Assembly: GCA_964016885.1 (NCBI GenBank) | Contig: OZ024742.1 | Span: forward strand, 149,978,001 to 150,042,000 | Direction: 5' to 3' | DNA: 64,000 nucleotides | Source: Eledone cirrhosa | Lineage: Eukaryota | Shown here: positions 13,680-28,340 of the stretch, piece after piece | Numbering within the stretch: position 1 is the first letter of the stretch | Layout of the letters: each line of letters opens with the position of its first letter | Made by a program: the position numbers and the translations under genes | Notes under the pieces: model-generated | The model's database searches: none | What the model saw: only the letters and a program-made list of their open reading frames with translations | Told to the model about the DNA's origin: nothing

Positions 13680-13818
13680 AATTGTTTCTACTTTAGGCAC
13701 AAGGCCAGCAAATACCCAGTACATTACTGGTACTTTATTTTATCGACCCCCGTATGGATGAAAGGCAAAGTTAACCTCGGCGGGATTTGAACTCAGACCG
13801 TAAACGGGCGTAACACTA
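13680..13818 (-). mobile_element. tRNA-derived SINE, 5'-truncated
   Basis: Reverse complement of SINE core and tail. Confidence 0.9.
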
Positions 13819-14450
13819 ATAATGGTGAGGAACAGTATCAGTAAAATGGTCATAACGTGTGTGTGTTTGTGCGTGCGTACGTGTGTGCGTGCGTGCGTGC
13901 GTGTGTGCGTGCGTGCGTGCGTGCGTGCGCGTTAACCATCGTTAGTTTCCTCAAAACACTATTGCCACATTCTATCGTCCCTCCATTTACACACACATAC
14001 ATACATACATACATATATACATTATATATATATATATATGCATGTATCTTTATAAGCATATATTTGTGTCAATGTATTTAGTAACAGAGCATGTTTACTT
14101 AATATGCAAATCGCCGTAAGCATATTGCATGCTAATGTATGCTAGAGTGTACCGTCACGAGAGTACATGAGAAGTGGGGGTAGACAGGTAAATATATGGG
14201 TATGTGTATGCATACTTACATGTATAGTCTACATTGTATGTCTATATATATGAGTGAAGAAGTGATGTGCTAACAGGTGTGCATATCTAATGTATGTAAA
14301 TATATGTTCTTGTGAGTGTGTGTGTGTGTGTGTATGTGTGTTTGTGTATATGTTTAACTGAGTATGCATTAATTGTGTGCTTGTTTCTATCCTCTGAGTG
14401 TATGCGTCTGTTTCCATATGTATACATTATATACACGAGAAATTATGTAT

Positions 14451-14540
<90 letters not shown>

Positions 14541-14824
14541 ACTCAGCTGTGTGCAGTATTATTCATACATGACTGTATGTGGATGGTGGGTGGCTTAGCT
14601 TGAGAAACAAACGCGAAGGCTGGAGAGATATGTATGTATGTATGAACCTACATCTCCCGATTGAGTCATAGGGACGCAGTCGTAAACATACGGCGTATCT
14701 TGGGCATGTTAAACCTGGTGAAACCACCCATCCCCTCACCAGGTATGAACGTAGTCGATTTCTTCCTGAGAAGGAGAGAGAGAATGTGAAAGAGGATGTG
14801 AAGGAAGAATCGACTCAAGTAATA

Positions 14825-14965
14825 GACTGGTACTTTTCTTATCGACCTCGAACGGGTGAAAAATCAAAGTTAACCTCGGCGGAATTTGAACTCAGCGCAG
14901 AGAACCGGAACAAATACTGAAAACATTCTATCTGATGTTCTCGCGATGCTGCCAATTCGCCGCCT
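14825..14965 (-). mobile_element. Older SINE copy
   Basis: Box B and core recognisable on the minus strand. Confidence 0.7.
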
Positions 14966-15511
14966 TTGAAAAGATATATAGAGATAATGAGATGAGGTTG
15001 GGATGTCAGTTGATACTTTAGAGCTGCAAAAGTAGCAATGGTACTACGTTCGTCTGCTGACATTGTTGTGACGAAGTGGGATTAAATGTGTTCTTATTTT
15101 GTATTTAACATCATAGTAAATCAGTGGAGGAGAAAGGGGGGAACTATAACTTTTTTATGTGTCCAAGAGGAGGGTTACTGTGGTCGTAATTGGGTGGTGA
15201 TAGTAAGTGTACTACTAGGGAAAGGGAGGAAATGATCCAACTACTTGTTCTTTCTGATTCAGTGTATCTAGTCACATGCCATCGAATGTATCCTTTAAAA
15301 AAAGTTAAGGTATGGTTTGAGGAAGATTTGGCTGCTGTTTCGAGCCAGATCAACAGCCACATATTGCTTGTGTAGCGCTAATTGGCACGTGGACGCTGTG
15401 ACGGTGTGCTTATCTCCAAAATTACCTACGATCAATGGCATTCCAGGCATAACCAGTCTGTCGTTTTAGGGGTGAATCTAGGACTAGGTTGTCCAGTGTG
15501 TCCGTTTCTTA

Positions 15512-15700
15512 TTAAACCCTTTCGTTATGTATTTCTAATGAAATTCAATTAATTAATGAAGACTTTTGAAGGATTTACTAAAATTATTTAATTATTTCGT
15601 TACTAATGTAATAACTTAATATATGTTTCTTATATAAAATTATGTTTGAAATTTTAATTTAAATAGAAACTGTTTGAGCGGGTAGTATCAAAGAGGTTAA
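15512..15700. mobile_element. piggyBac-like MITE (TTAA ends)
   Basis: TTAA(A)CCCTTTCGTTA ... TATCAAAGAGGTTAA; a related remnant ends at ~6921. Confidence 0.5.
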
Positions 15701-16718
15701 GAATTTTAAGAAGATTTGACTTATTTATGCGGGCCGAGGGATCGCGTAATTGTATCTTTGTTACTTTGCATAAAGGTGCTGGTATGTTTGGTAACATCAG
15801 TGGTCTAATAGTAGCTTTTGTGTTAGTAGACAAAACTCCATTTGGGATGCCAAAAATCTTTAAAACAAACAAGGGAGATAATTCCAACACGACCAGCTAA
15901 CCAGAATTTTTGGAAAATAAAGGCGATGTATTAAAATGGATCTCATGTTTTTGTTCGGTCTTATTAAACGTCTTCAGCGAGCATATTTTACTTATTTGGC
16001 AAGACTAAGAATGCTCAACAGAGAATATAGTGATACTAATTATAAATATCAGAAGTTTAATAAGGCCGAAACATGTAAATCTGTAATCAACGCATTTCAG
16101 CCATGACCCTCCTATCATTTTTTCCTTTTTCAAGCACTGTATCTAAGAATTCATTATGTCACATGCCCAGTCCTTTTTCACGAGGTGATTTGAGAGATAT
16201 GGTTATTGCGCCTAGTAGTTTGAACGTCAACGTATAAGGCACCTCGTTGACTGTTAGTGACAGAAGTGGTCATGATGATGTTTAGTTCCAAGTCAGTCTT
16301 GATCTAACAGACTTATCAAATGCATTCCAGTCGTGACTATCACTTCTTTTTTTCAAACATAGTATATCTAAGACTCCATTATCCACAATGTTCTTCCTTT
16401 TATTTTCAAACAGTAGGGTTGGAATTTGGAAGGGAGAGAAGATTTGGTAGCTATTTCTCGTGAATCAAGTGACTATGTACAGGCTGCCTTCGTATTGGTG
16501 GTAGTGTTACTGTCATAGATAATGGTTGTGGTCGTGGTGCAGATAGCGGTAGTGATGGTTCCAGTGGTGGTAGCAAGTAAATGCAAATGCTGATGATGGT
16601 AGTGATCCTGGTGGTGGTGAAGCAAGCCCATCGCCGGGGTTTGATGCTCGGCTAGGGTATTGTAAAAGCTTAATACAACGAAGATGAGGGGAAGAACAAC
16701 TATTTCGCTGTGGCTCAT

Positions 16719-16755
<37 letters not shown>

Positions 16756-16882
16756 AGAAATAAAAGTGGTAGGTGTAGAGGATAGTTGGGGTGAACGTTG
16801 TGAATACATTGGTGGTTGGGTTGTAGCAGTGGTGGGGATACAAGTCGTAAGATGTTGGTGGTAATGAAAGAGGTGGTGCTGG

Positions 16883-17467
16883 CAGAGCCAGACTTTCATC
16901 TGCAGAGGCCCTTAGCCAGGGGCGTCGTTTGCATTAAAAATGTGAGGGGGACAAACCAACATGTGTTGATTCTTAAAGGAGCATAAATTGCTTATAGTGC
17001 CTTTCCTGGACCCTATCACAAGTAAAATTTTACGCTAATTAAATTTTATATATTCAAATGAAGTTCAGATATAAAGAAATAAGCTTTAAAAGAATTTATT
17101 ATAGTAAATAAACAATAAAATAAAATATCGACGTTTGAAAAAGTGGGAGGGGGGGGGGGGGGCGACTTGTCCCCTGGTACCCCCCTGAAACAAGGCCCTT
17201 GAACTAAGCTATATGAAATTTAAGGCCCTTCTCTAAAAAAATCGGGTAAAATAATTTAAAATAAATATACATGATTAGCATTTTTTATATCAATTTTAAA
17301 GATAAAGAACGAATGATATCTATAACTATATATGTGTGAGTGAGTGTATATAGTTTTTTATGATTTAGTGTTAAAAAATAAAAACTAATGATAAAAAATA
17401 TTTTTTTTCGTGTGATTCCTGAGGGTGTGCCGCCCTAAGCTATAGCTTATAGGTAAGTTCAGCACTG
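16883..17467. mobile_element. Nested GC-TIR MITEs (inner element 16917-17201)
   Basis: Outer CAGAGCCAGACTT/AAGTTCAGCACTG with degenerate 8-bp TSD; inner CAGGGGCGTCGTTT/AAACAAGGCCCTTG. Confidence 0.5.
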
Positions 17468-17848
17468 GATGATGGAACTGGTGGTGCTGGAAGTGGATGG
17501 GAAAGACTACGTAGAAAAGGCTCTTTGTATAATGGTCAATGTTAATATCTTTGTTATAATAAGAGCTGTAAGGACTGTAGTGGTGGCGACGATCACAAGT
17601 CCTTTTTGGGGTCCTAAGAATGATTATGGTTCCCTATATATAAAGTCTGTCATATAGTATATGAATAAAATACACATACGCTATGGTAACACGGTCTTCT
17701 TACATACAGCAGTGGCGTGGTTCAATTCCATTACTGTTCATATTTTCCCATCTTAAACAGTTATTCAATTGTTTTATAGTTAATATGCTACGCGTTTTAA
17801 TGATCTTTGTGAGAAGCAAAACAATCTCTTCGAGTTATCTCTCTCTCA

Positions 17849-17944
<96 letters not shown>

Positions 17945-18067
17945 GTGTGTGTGTGGATAAACTTACGAAAATTAGCAAAGAGAGAACAAAACAACGAACG
18001 AAAACAAGGCAGAACGAAAAAGAACTTTTTAAAGGAGAAACCTAAAAAAAAAATACTTTTTGAAATT

Positions 18068-18257
18068 AATAATTGTTTCTACTTTTGGCACAAGGCCAGC
18101 AATCACCCAGTGTATCACTGTTACTTTATTTTATCAACCCCTTAAGGATGAAAGGCAAAGTTAACCTCGGCAGGATTTGAACTCAGAATGGCAAGGGCCA
18201 TAACACTATGCGTCAAATCATGGCATCCGACCCGCTACCGATACTGCCAATCCACCA
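18068..18257 (-). mobile_element. tRNA-derived SINE, full length
   Basis: Reverse complement of the 3670 copy. Confidence 0.9.
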
Positions 18258-18777
18258 AAGTAATAAAAACGAGATGGACTTTGGCAGTTTCGACCCTTAC
18301 CAACGGTACTACTGATCCACCTGGGTTCACAGCGTCAGACAAGTCAAAGAGCTGTCTTATGGAGTAAGAGACAAGACAAAATAGCAACTTATAGCAATTA
18401 AGCTATGACATGTACACAGAATTTCACGTGACAAGGGGAACTTTTTGTGCCTCTTATAGCATAAAACTCATGAGTGAAACAAAGGAAAAAATAAAAAAAG
18501 TAAATAGGAGAAAAGGGGGAAGAAGAAGAAAGTAACATATCGTGTTAAAAATGTGAGCAATTAAAATTAATGGTGGGAGAAGAGAAAACCCGTTCGTCAT
18601 AGGTTATGATAAACTTAGGAAAATCAACAGAGAAAGAGAGACATACTCTTTAAAACTCTAGTCAATTAAGGTAGGACATAACTCTACTGGAATATATGTA
18701 TGTATGTATATACACGCAATATTTGTATCATGTTGACGGATGTTAGAATGAGTACTCAATACCGATGTAGAGATTAA

Positions 18778-18875
18778 TAATTGTTTCTACTTTAGGCACA
18801 AGGCCAGCAATTACCCAGTGCATTACTGGTACTTTATTTTATCGACCCCGTAAGGATGAAAGGCAAAGTCAACCA
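18778..18875 (-). mobile_element. 5'-truncated SINE with TSD
   Basis: TSD AGATTAATAAT on both sides. Confidence 0.85.
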
Positions 18876-18921
18876 GATTAATAATATTCTTTATTATGGC
18901 TAAATGATGAGTCTTCACTTC

Positions 18922-18962
<41 letters not shown>

Positions 18963-18967
18963 TATAT

Positions 18968-19038
<71 letters not shown>

Positions 19039-19841
19039 GAGAGGAGAGAGAGGATAGATAGATAGAGAGAGAGAGAGAGGATTGCTTATAGAAGAACAGT
19101 GTTGTTGGAAAATTACTGCGAGGAATAAATTAGGTTTCTAGGGGGACTTTCCAGTTCTATCCTGCATCCCTACTCAAAAATTTGGTCTATATTTTGTGGG
19201 AAGTAGGAGTGAAAACGAAAAGAAAAAAGAAAAAAAACTCTTGCTCTTTCACATATTTCTGAAGCAAAGTCAAATCTAGTCATCACCCAGAGCTGCTGTT
19301 GTCATGGGTTTCAAAAGAGGGACTGCTACCTCCATCTTGCTTTTATGTGTTCCCTCAAACACACAGTAAAATATACGCACCACTACCACCTGCTCCACTC
19401 CACAGATGAGTGACAAATTTCTGCTGCTGTTTCTTGAAAACTACTACTGTTGCTACAACTACGACTACTGCTCATGCTGTTGCTACAGCTACTACTGTTG
19501 TTGCTGCTACTACTGTTGCTACTCCCGTTTCTACTGCTACTAATATCACTGCAGCAACAACTATAGATGAAGCAGCCCCACTATCACCAACCTACTACAC
19601 CACCACTATTATCATAAGTCTACTACACTATTACAACCACCAACATCTATCTACAACCTACACAACCACTACCACTATTATCACAAGTCTACTATACTAT
19701 CACAACCACCACCACCACCATCACCAACATCTACACTATCACGACTACTATTACCAGCCTACTACACTACTTCCACCAATATACTACTGTATTACCACAG
19801 CCATTAATATCACAAACCTACACCACCACCACTACTACTAT

Positions 19842-20506
19842 TAGGGCCGGATTTAATAAGGAACAAAGGGGGCAATTGCCCCGGCCCTCCTTCCTCATTG
19901 CGAGTGACCCCACAAGCGACGGCCGTAGCAATTTATTTGTACCCTCTGGTGTTTTTTTTTTATTTATTTTTTTTTTACTTTTATCCCTTTGACAATGTGA
20001 ACTATATTTTTAACAAAAAGTATTTAATATCCTTACTGTGGCAAAATTCAGCAATTTTTCTTAACTTTCGAGACATCAGGTTGTTATCAGAACAATATTC
20101 TAATAAAAAGTCTTTGATGTCACTGTGTAAAGTGGTTGTGCTGGTACTGCAAAAACAATGCACCCAGTAAACACTCTAAAGTGGTTGCGTTAGGAAGGGC
20201 ATCCAACCATAGAAACCATACGAAATATGAAATCTATGAACAAGATGAAGTCGTTCCCCCAATATGTTTGGTCTTGGACTGCCACAACCTGTCTAACACA
20301 GGTATTGTGGAAAGGGAACGTAAAATGAGGATGGTTAGATATTTTTGAATTTACTTCATAACTTTTCAATTGTAATTACTTGCGTCAGCCGAATTTTGAT
20401 ATGTAAAATTAGGGGTTTGGTGTGTATTCTATTTTTTTTTTTTTGCGTATGAGGGGCCCCCCAAACCTTACGTGCTTCGGGCCCTCAAGGTCTAAATCCG
20501 GCCCTG
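19842..20506. mobile_element. hAT-type non-autonomous element
   Basis: TIR (T/C)AGGGCCGGATTTA / TAAATCCGGCCCTG; perfect 8-bp TSD ACTACTAT. Confidence 0.85.
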
Positions 20507-20915
20507 ACTACTATCACAACCACCACAACTATCACTAATCAACTACATTACAATTACCACTGTACTATCCCCACCATCCTAATACACCAGCACTACCATT
20601 AACACCTAAACTACTAACTGCACATAACTACCACCACTGACGACCACTACCTCTACTATCACTTCTAGATATGTAACTCTAGAACAATTGCTGCTGGGTC
20701 ACTATATCACTTTATTAAATGTGCATATGTGTGATCCTGTGTGCTTATATGTGTTTGTAAACCTGTTCTTGTTTAACCCTATATCAGTCCTTATCAAGCA
20801 TCGCTATGATGGAAAGTGCTCCAGCCTTGCCCATCTCGTCATTTAGTACTTATTTAAGGAGAGCAATGTACAAAGAGCCATTCCCTTTTTAATACACACA
20901 TACATATATATATAT

Positions 20916-20952
<37 letters not shown>

Positions 20953-20954
<2 letters not shown>

Positions 20955-21050
20955 AAAAAGTCTGACCCCGACGGCAGAGCTCAAGCCGTTTCGACGGCTA
21001 TTTCTGCTGCGTTATGGTCCATCTGGTTCCTCACCACAACTCCTTCATTA
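20953..21050 (+). mobile_element. Family A PLE-terminus element, internally deleted
   Basis: Inverted arm fused directly to the family A tail; (TA)n on both sides. Confidence 0.75.
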
Positions 21051-21173
21051 TATATATATATATATCATAATTGTTATTAGAAATAGTAGTGCTGATTAAA
21101 AGTTTAAGCAAATATTAAATGTATGATGGTCATGTGTTTCTCAATAAAAATGCTCAATGGACCTTAGTACAGA

Positions 21174-21357
21174 GCGGTGGATTGGCAGTATCGGTAGAGA
21201 GTCGGACGCCATGCTTTGCAGCACAGTTACGTCCCTTTACGGACTGAGTTCAAAACCCGCCGAGGTTAACTTTGCCTTTCATCATTAAGGGGGTCGATAA
21301 AATAAAGTACCAGTAATACACTGGGATAATTTCTGGCCTTGTGCCAAAAGTAGAAAC

Positions 21358-21392
<35 letters not shown>

Positions 21393-21440
21393 CAGTAATG
21401 CACTGGAATAATTTTCTGGCCTGGTGCCAAAAGTAGAAAC

Positions 21441-21444
<4 letters not shown>
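21174..21444 (+). mobile_element. tRNA-derived SINE plus an extra 3' fragment
   Basis: Full copy to ~21362; second tail at 21388-21444. Confidence 0.9.
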
Positions 21445-21484
<40 letters not shown>

Positions 21485-21531
21485 CAGCCGTACTAAGAGT
21501 GGGAAATGAAATTTCGTTTCATTTTTTCCGT

Positions 21532-21569
<38 letters not shown>

Positions 21570-21571
<2 letters not shown>

Positions 21572-21773
21572 CGAAGGAGGTGTTGTAAAGAACCAGATGG
21601 ATCATAACGCACCAGAGTACTCAATACTTAGGGTAGTACAGTGGGTAATAGGAAAATGTTTAACCCCAACGGCAGAGCTCAAGCCGTTTCGACGGCTATT
21701 TCTGGACTCAGAAATAGTCCAGAAATAGCCGTCGAAACGGCTTGAGCTCTGCCGTCGGGGTTGAACATTTTCC

Positions 21774-21775
<2 letters not shown>
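21570..21775 (-). mobile_element. Family A fold-back PLE-terminus element (hammerhead 3' half)
   Basis: ~60-bp inverted arms around 21709-21716; GAAACGGC-TTGAGCTCT-GCCGTC; inserted in (TA)n. Confidence 0.85.
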
Positions 21776-21805
<30 letters not shown>

Positions 21806-22581
21806 TACACACACACACACACATACATAAACAGTCTGGGAAACCTGTAGCAAATAAGGAAAATTCACGAGAGAGAGAGAGAGAGTGCGTGTGTGTGTGT
21901 GTGAACGTACACAATAAAAACAAAAAAAATTAGCACGATGAAGCCTGATGTATGTGTAAGAGGAAGGAGCACGTGATTTCAGAATGAGTACTTATGTATG
22001 CATGGATTACGGCTGTATGGATGTATGTGAATTACTGACTCCATATGATGTTGCTTGTGTATGTATGCATGTTAGGGAGTGAACATAACATAAATGTTCC
22101 TCACATATCCACGTAGCCCCGTCACCAGGCTGTGGTGTTCGGGGAGGTGGAGGAGGGTATCAGAACATTTTGGGGTTGGCACCCTACTTGGCAATAAATC
22201 TGAGGCTGAACCATTGAAAAGTAGGGAGCAGTGTCACACGGTACCCCCCTCATTCCTTGGTGACGGGACCGTATGGCAAAACCTTGAATGGTACATCAGT
22301 TCTGTCCTGGATGGAGTTACAGCTTGATTCGGATCTTACAACATACACCCTCTTCCAGGTGACCCAACTGAGGTTTGATCAAGCTTCTATTTAATCCTAG
22401 GGTCAGTGGTTATTTCGGATCTTTCAACATAAACCTCCATCCTGGTGACCCAACTGAGGTTGATCAAACCTCGGTCTGAATGGATTCTGTTGGTTTATGC
22501 GTGAGCGATTGGATCTCTTCACCGTGTATGTGTGTATGTGTGTGTGTGTTCGTGTGCGCATGCATGTGTGCTTGTCACCTT

Positions 22582-22623
<42 letters not shown>

Positions 22624-22691
22624 TGTGAGTGTGTGTGTGTGTTCGTGTGCGCATGCATGTGTGCTTGTCACCTTTTTCTATGTGTGTGTGT

Positions 22692-22728
<37 letters not shown>

Positions 22729-22762
22729 CGTGTGCGCATGCATGTGTGCTTGTCACCTTTTT

Positions 22763-22832
<70 letters not shown>

Positions 22833-23374
22833 TGAGTGTGAGTGTGAGTGTGAGAGAGAGTGTGTGTGTGTGTGTGAATGTGTTGCCTCTCTTTCTCTCT
22901 CTGCGTGTGTGTGGCCTGTTTCTGTGCGGCACTGTGAGTATGTCACTGCATGTATGCGGCCGTATGATCGAATGTATGAGTGTACATGTATGATCTCTCT
23001 CTCTCTGTCTCTTGGCGGACGCTAAACCTACTAAGAAAAGCAGCCAAATCACCCTCGAATCACATTCTATTGTATTTGAAATTGATAAACATATTAGAAT
23101 ATGCAAGCCTAGTTACTAAAAAAAAAATAAAATGCGATGGTTTCAGCTAGATGATAGGTTTACTTAATCAACGTTTGAATTGACCTGAAGGTAAACAACT
23201 ACTACTACAACTACTACTACAACTACTACTACTATCCAACAAGTCACCAGGAATATATATCGAGCAATAGTTGTAGTAATAAATGTTGAGGTGATATTAA
23301 TGGTACTGGTGACTATCATAGTAGTAATTGTTATGGTTGTTGTAACGGTTGTCATCCTACTGACACTCGTTGAT

Positions 23375-24015
23375 AGTAGTAGCAGTATTGTAGTAGTAGT
23401 AGTAGTAGTGTAGTAGTAGTAGTATTGTAGTAGTAGTATTGTAGCAGTAGTAGTATTGTAGTAGTAGTAGTATTGTAGTAGTAGTATTGTAGTAGTAGTA
23501 GTATTGTAGTAGTATTGTAGTAGTAGTAGTATTGTAGTAGTAGTAGTAGTAGTAGTATAGTAGTAGTATTGTAGTAGTAGTAGTATTGTAGTTGTAGTAT
23601 TGTAGTAGTAGTATTGTAGTAGTAGTACTATTGTAGTAGTAGTACTATTGTAGTAGTAGTAGTATTGTAGTAGTAGTATTGTAGTAGTAGTATTGTAGTA
23701 GTAGTAATATTGTAGTAGTAGTAGTGTAGTAGTAGTATTGTAGTAGTAGTAATATTGTAGTAGTAGTAGTGTAGTAGTAGTATTGTAGTAGTAGTAGTAT
23801 TGTAGTAGTAGTAGTATTGTAGTTGTAGTAGTATTGTAGTAGTAGTAGTAGTATTGTAGTAGTAGTACTATTGTAGTAGTAGTACTATTGTAGTAGTAGT
23901 AGTATTGTAGTAGTAGTAGTATTGTAGTAGTAGTATTGTAGTAGTAGTAGTATTGTAGTAGTAGTAGTATTGTAGTGGTAGTAGTATTGTAGTAGTATTG
24001 TAGTAGTAATAGTAG
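23375..24015. repeat. (GTA)n microsatellite with periodic TT interruptions
   Basis: Direct reading. Confidence 0.97.
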
Positions 24016-24128
24016 TAATGAAAATGAGTGAATGAAGAAAATGCATAAATTGCAATCGTTTGTAATACATTTTTCACAGAACTGGATCCGATACTATGTA
24101 TATTTATGATTTTCATATGTGTCCGCCT

Positions 24129-24185
<57 letters not shown>

Positions 24186-24408
24186 TTACAGACATAGAGA
24201 AATGGCAATAGATAGATGTAAAAATGTGAATATATACCATACGTATGTGTGTAATATATATACACGGATTGATGAATTGAAACGATGGATAGACATGTAA
24301 TGTATCATACATAAATAGATTGTTGGTAAGCTAGATTTCAGGGTGAAAGAAAAAATTGTTTGTTTAAACTTTTAATCTGTACTACTACCATACACACATA
24401 TATATATA

Positions 24409-24456
<48 letters not shown>

Positions 24457-24665
24457 TGTATATATATATACTCTTCACTCATTTATTGTGTGTGTGTGTG
24501 TAGGTTTATATTTACATACATGTATATACACAGGGACTCAACCGGTGATTTAGTCCAGAGCCCGGAGAGTTAAACAGATGCCCTTTACAATCTGATGTTC
24601 ACCTAGCCCCATCCACTCTATACACTTACAATCCCCCAGTCCCCCTTGAAATCTTATTTCAGATG

Positions 24666-24704
<39 letters not shown>

Positions 24705-24772
24705 GATCAACATACATATACACACTACGTGCGTGTGTACCCATATATATATATATATATTATATATATATA

Positions 24773-24967
24773 TAACGAGGGAAATGTGATACGGAATCAG
24801 ATGGACCATAACGCACCAAAGTACTCAATACTTAGGGTAGTAGAGTGGGTAATAGGAACGAGTAGGACCCCGACGGCTGAGCTCAAGCCGTTTCGACGGC
24901 TAATTCTGGTCCAGAATTAGCCGTCGAAACGGCTTGAGCTCAGCCGTCGGGGTCCTACTCGTTCCTA
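24773..24967 (-). mobile_element. Family A fold-back element
   Basis: Same sequence; near-perfect palindrome centred ~24911; (TA)n flanks. Confidence 0.88.
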
Positions 24968-26264
24968 TATATATATATATGTGTGTGTGTGTGATCAGAG
25001 ACAGAAAGAAAGTGGGTGCGTGAGGGTAAATATGGACATAGGATCAACAGTACAATCCAATCCACGCACTTCTCGATAACCGTCACCACCACCACCACCA
25101 CCACTACTACTACTTCGCATACACACCCCCAGGTAAGCATTGTCAAATATGTAGAACAACAAACGAATAGGTGTCGGTAATGGTGTTTGTTACCTATTTC
25201 ATATTAGAAAGCAGCTTGCTTATGTATTACTGTCTATCCAATGGGCACCTCCTCTTCTTGCAATCATTTTTGTTGCTTCGTGTTCTACATCCTATCAGTT
25301 CAGTCATTATGTATCGATCTGTATTCGTTTCTTTTTCTTTATCGAACTTTCTTTATCAAGCCCATTCATTCATACATCTACTATTTCTGCCCTCCTCTCT
25401 CGCTCTCTCTCTATATATATTTACATATATCTATATATATATATGTGTGCATGTGTGCATGTGTGCGTGTGTGCGTGTGTGCGTGTGTGTGTGTGTGTAA
25501 GCCACACGCACTATTTGACAATCTAGCTTACCAACAATCTATTTGTGTATGATTGATTACATGTTTATCATCTTTGTCAATCCATCTACCTACTCACACA
25601 CGTACGTGTATATATTTCACATATTTTTATATCTATCTATCTGTCGCCATTTCTCGATATCTCTGAATCTATCAAAACGACTCCTCCTCCCCATCTCCCG
25701 CCTCTTATCTCTCTTTCCTGGCTTTGAAGCTAACTGCTTACATTACCATCTAAACTGGTTACAATACGGAGAAAAGAAAGAGAAGGAGAGTAGCTGCCGA
25801 TAATGGAACCACAAGGAATAGTGAAAGAAATACCGAAAGACCAAGGAGGGAAAGGAGACACATAACGAAGTAAGACATTGTAAAGGGTTTGACTGAAGGG
25901 GACAGAAAAGAAACAGAAGTGAATGAGAGAGGCGGAGAGGGAGTGACGTGATAAATGATGAAAAATATGTTTTGGGTGAGGGAAGAAAGGTGCCAGTTGG
26001 TTCCGTTGTATGTAATTTTCGTGGGAACAGAATTCTTGTAATATTAGACTTTGAATTGAAAAAGAAATATATGACAGAGAGAAAGAAAAGGAGAGATGGA
26101 GAAGAAAAAAAGAAAAGAAACGAGAACCAACATAACATAAATCTCCTAGATTAATTGGGAAAATTATGGGAGGTTAAGATATTCATTCTTTTCTGGAGAT
26201 GCCGCGACGTAAACGAAAGCAGTCCCAGAATGAGAAACGAAAACCAAGGAAGAATTTCATTAAT

Positions 26265-26297
<33 letters not shown>

Positions 26298-28173
26298 ATT
26301 AAGTTTGATAGGGTTGTTTTTGTGATTTTTCTTAATTTTAGAGTATCAAGAAGACGAATTGTTGTAATAACCCTGTTTTACTAATGTAAGTGAAGTGAAA
26401 ATCGCTGCGATAATTCTTTCGCGATATACCACCTTATGACACGAGTTAGAACAATGTCGGTGACAGCTTCATTTGGAATAATCTCAAATGGTATATAGAG
26501 TGCAACACCTTTTCCAATAGAACAAAGTCAATAATTATTACAATAATAATAATAATTTATTATAATAAGAAAATTTGACACTTACCTCGTATTTTTAAGA
26601 CAAATCTCCGACTTAGGGAATATAATATTTTGCTACTTTTTTTCAGATAGACGCCGGTTTTAAAAGAAAAATGTGAATATATATATTACAGATATATTAT
26701 ATATATATATTGTATGAATATATATCTTCACTAAACAATCGTCAGGTGTGTGTGTATGAAGTAAAAATAAGAGAGCGAATAGACAGACAGTGGTGTACAA
26801 TGTGTATATGCGTGTAAATTTATAAATATGTATGTGTGTACTACAGCAGCAGTAGTCGAAGAGAAGGGAAAATGAAATAATATTAGTTCACTACCGATGT
26901 GAAAGCTTCACTGGCTGGCTTAGGAAAGTGAAAATTGCGTGTGTGTGTGTTTATCTGACTGTGTATGTGTGTGTGTGACAGTGGTTGTCGTAGGCTGCTT
27001 CCACAAAAAGCTAAGAGCAGATCCAACCAATGCTTATTGTGGTGGTGGTGGTAGTAGTAATTGTAGCAGTGGTTATAATGGTAGTTCTCGAACACGAAAC
27101 TAGTTGTGACGGAGCTTTATAGCAGCTGGTGTGGTGCTGCTGCTGCTGCTGGTGATGATACTGGTAACGATTGTAGTAGTAGTTATCGTAGAGAAATAGA
27201 GCGCAGTCCCCTGACCAACAAAGCGAAAACACAGAACACGATATTGCAAAGTTGCTGTCGATTCTGATACCAATGCGCATGCGTGCAACTGCTTCTATCG
27301 CATCGTATTTTTATCGATGCGACGGATTTTTTTTCTGTAGAATTCTATAATTGTTATTTTGGGCTGTTGTTTTTTTTTTGTTTTTTTTGTGATTTTCTTT
27401 TCATTTCTTATCTTTGAACTTATCTGTCGAGCCATCTCTAAAGAATAAGAGGGGAAAATCAAAATAGAAAATGCACCCTAACCTTTCTAGAGTAAAATAT
27501 GTAATGCTGGTGCTGATGATGATTCTAAGAGGGAAGAACTGTTTTCGCGTTGCGAACAAAGTGGTTTCGATGAACCTCGTCTAAGACCTGTGGGCCTTTT
27601 CAAAATATTCCTAATGTTAGGACCAGGGCTTCGGGAAGAAATTTCATAAGGTGAAATAAAACTGCTTTCGTGACTCGAGCTAATGTACCAGCTGACCCCC
27701 CCCCCCCACACACACACAAACCTCCCGCTTTTTATAAGCAATAGTGAATGCCTTGTGGAATTTATTCTATTTCCTTATGTTATGAGTTCAAAACACAACT
27801 TTACCTTTGACAGGGGATTGACAGAATCGTTAGAGTATTGAATATGATGCCTTGTGATATTTTATTTGGCTCTGTGTTCTGAGTTCAAATCCTGCCGTTA
27901 CCCAATTTAGTGAGAGGTTTAATCCATCGCTCGGTTAAACAGCACCAACTGACTCTTGGATGGATGCCTTTAGTAGAGTTTTCTCTGTTGTAAACAATTG
28001 GAACAGGTTTCTGGTTTGAACATACCTTTATTCGTTTCTCCCTTTCACCAGTCACTTAGATCCCCAGGACAATTATGGGTGCTACCCTCTCTCTTAAATA
28101 AACAGTTAAAAATCTGTTATAGTGGAGGTCCAAGTGCTTTATGGTATTTGCTTCGACTCACTGCGGTCTGATG

Positions 28174-28340
28174 CAGTGGCTTAGCTAATGCGTGTGTCGC
28201 TCAGGACAGCCCTTGAGTTAGCCACCCCCATCTCACCCCACCTCTGGCTTTTATTTTTTTATTTCAACACATCCTATCCAAGCTTATATGACAGACCCCA
28301 AAGTGCCAGCTCCCTCGGCCTCAACCCAGATACGCTACTC
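28174..28340. mobile_element. hAT-type MITE inserted in an old SINE
   Basis: CAGTGGCTTAGC / GATACGCTACTC; 8-bp TSD GTCTGATG/GCCTGATG; SINE box B resumes at 28348. Confidence 0.65.

Noticed and set aside
19410-19844. Thr/His-rich mucin-like ORF
   Set aside because: Degenerate ACT/ACC triplet repeat, split by a MITE.
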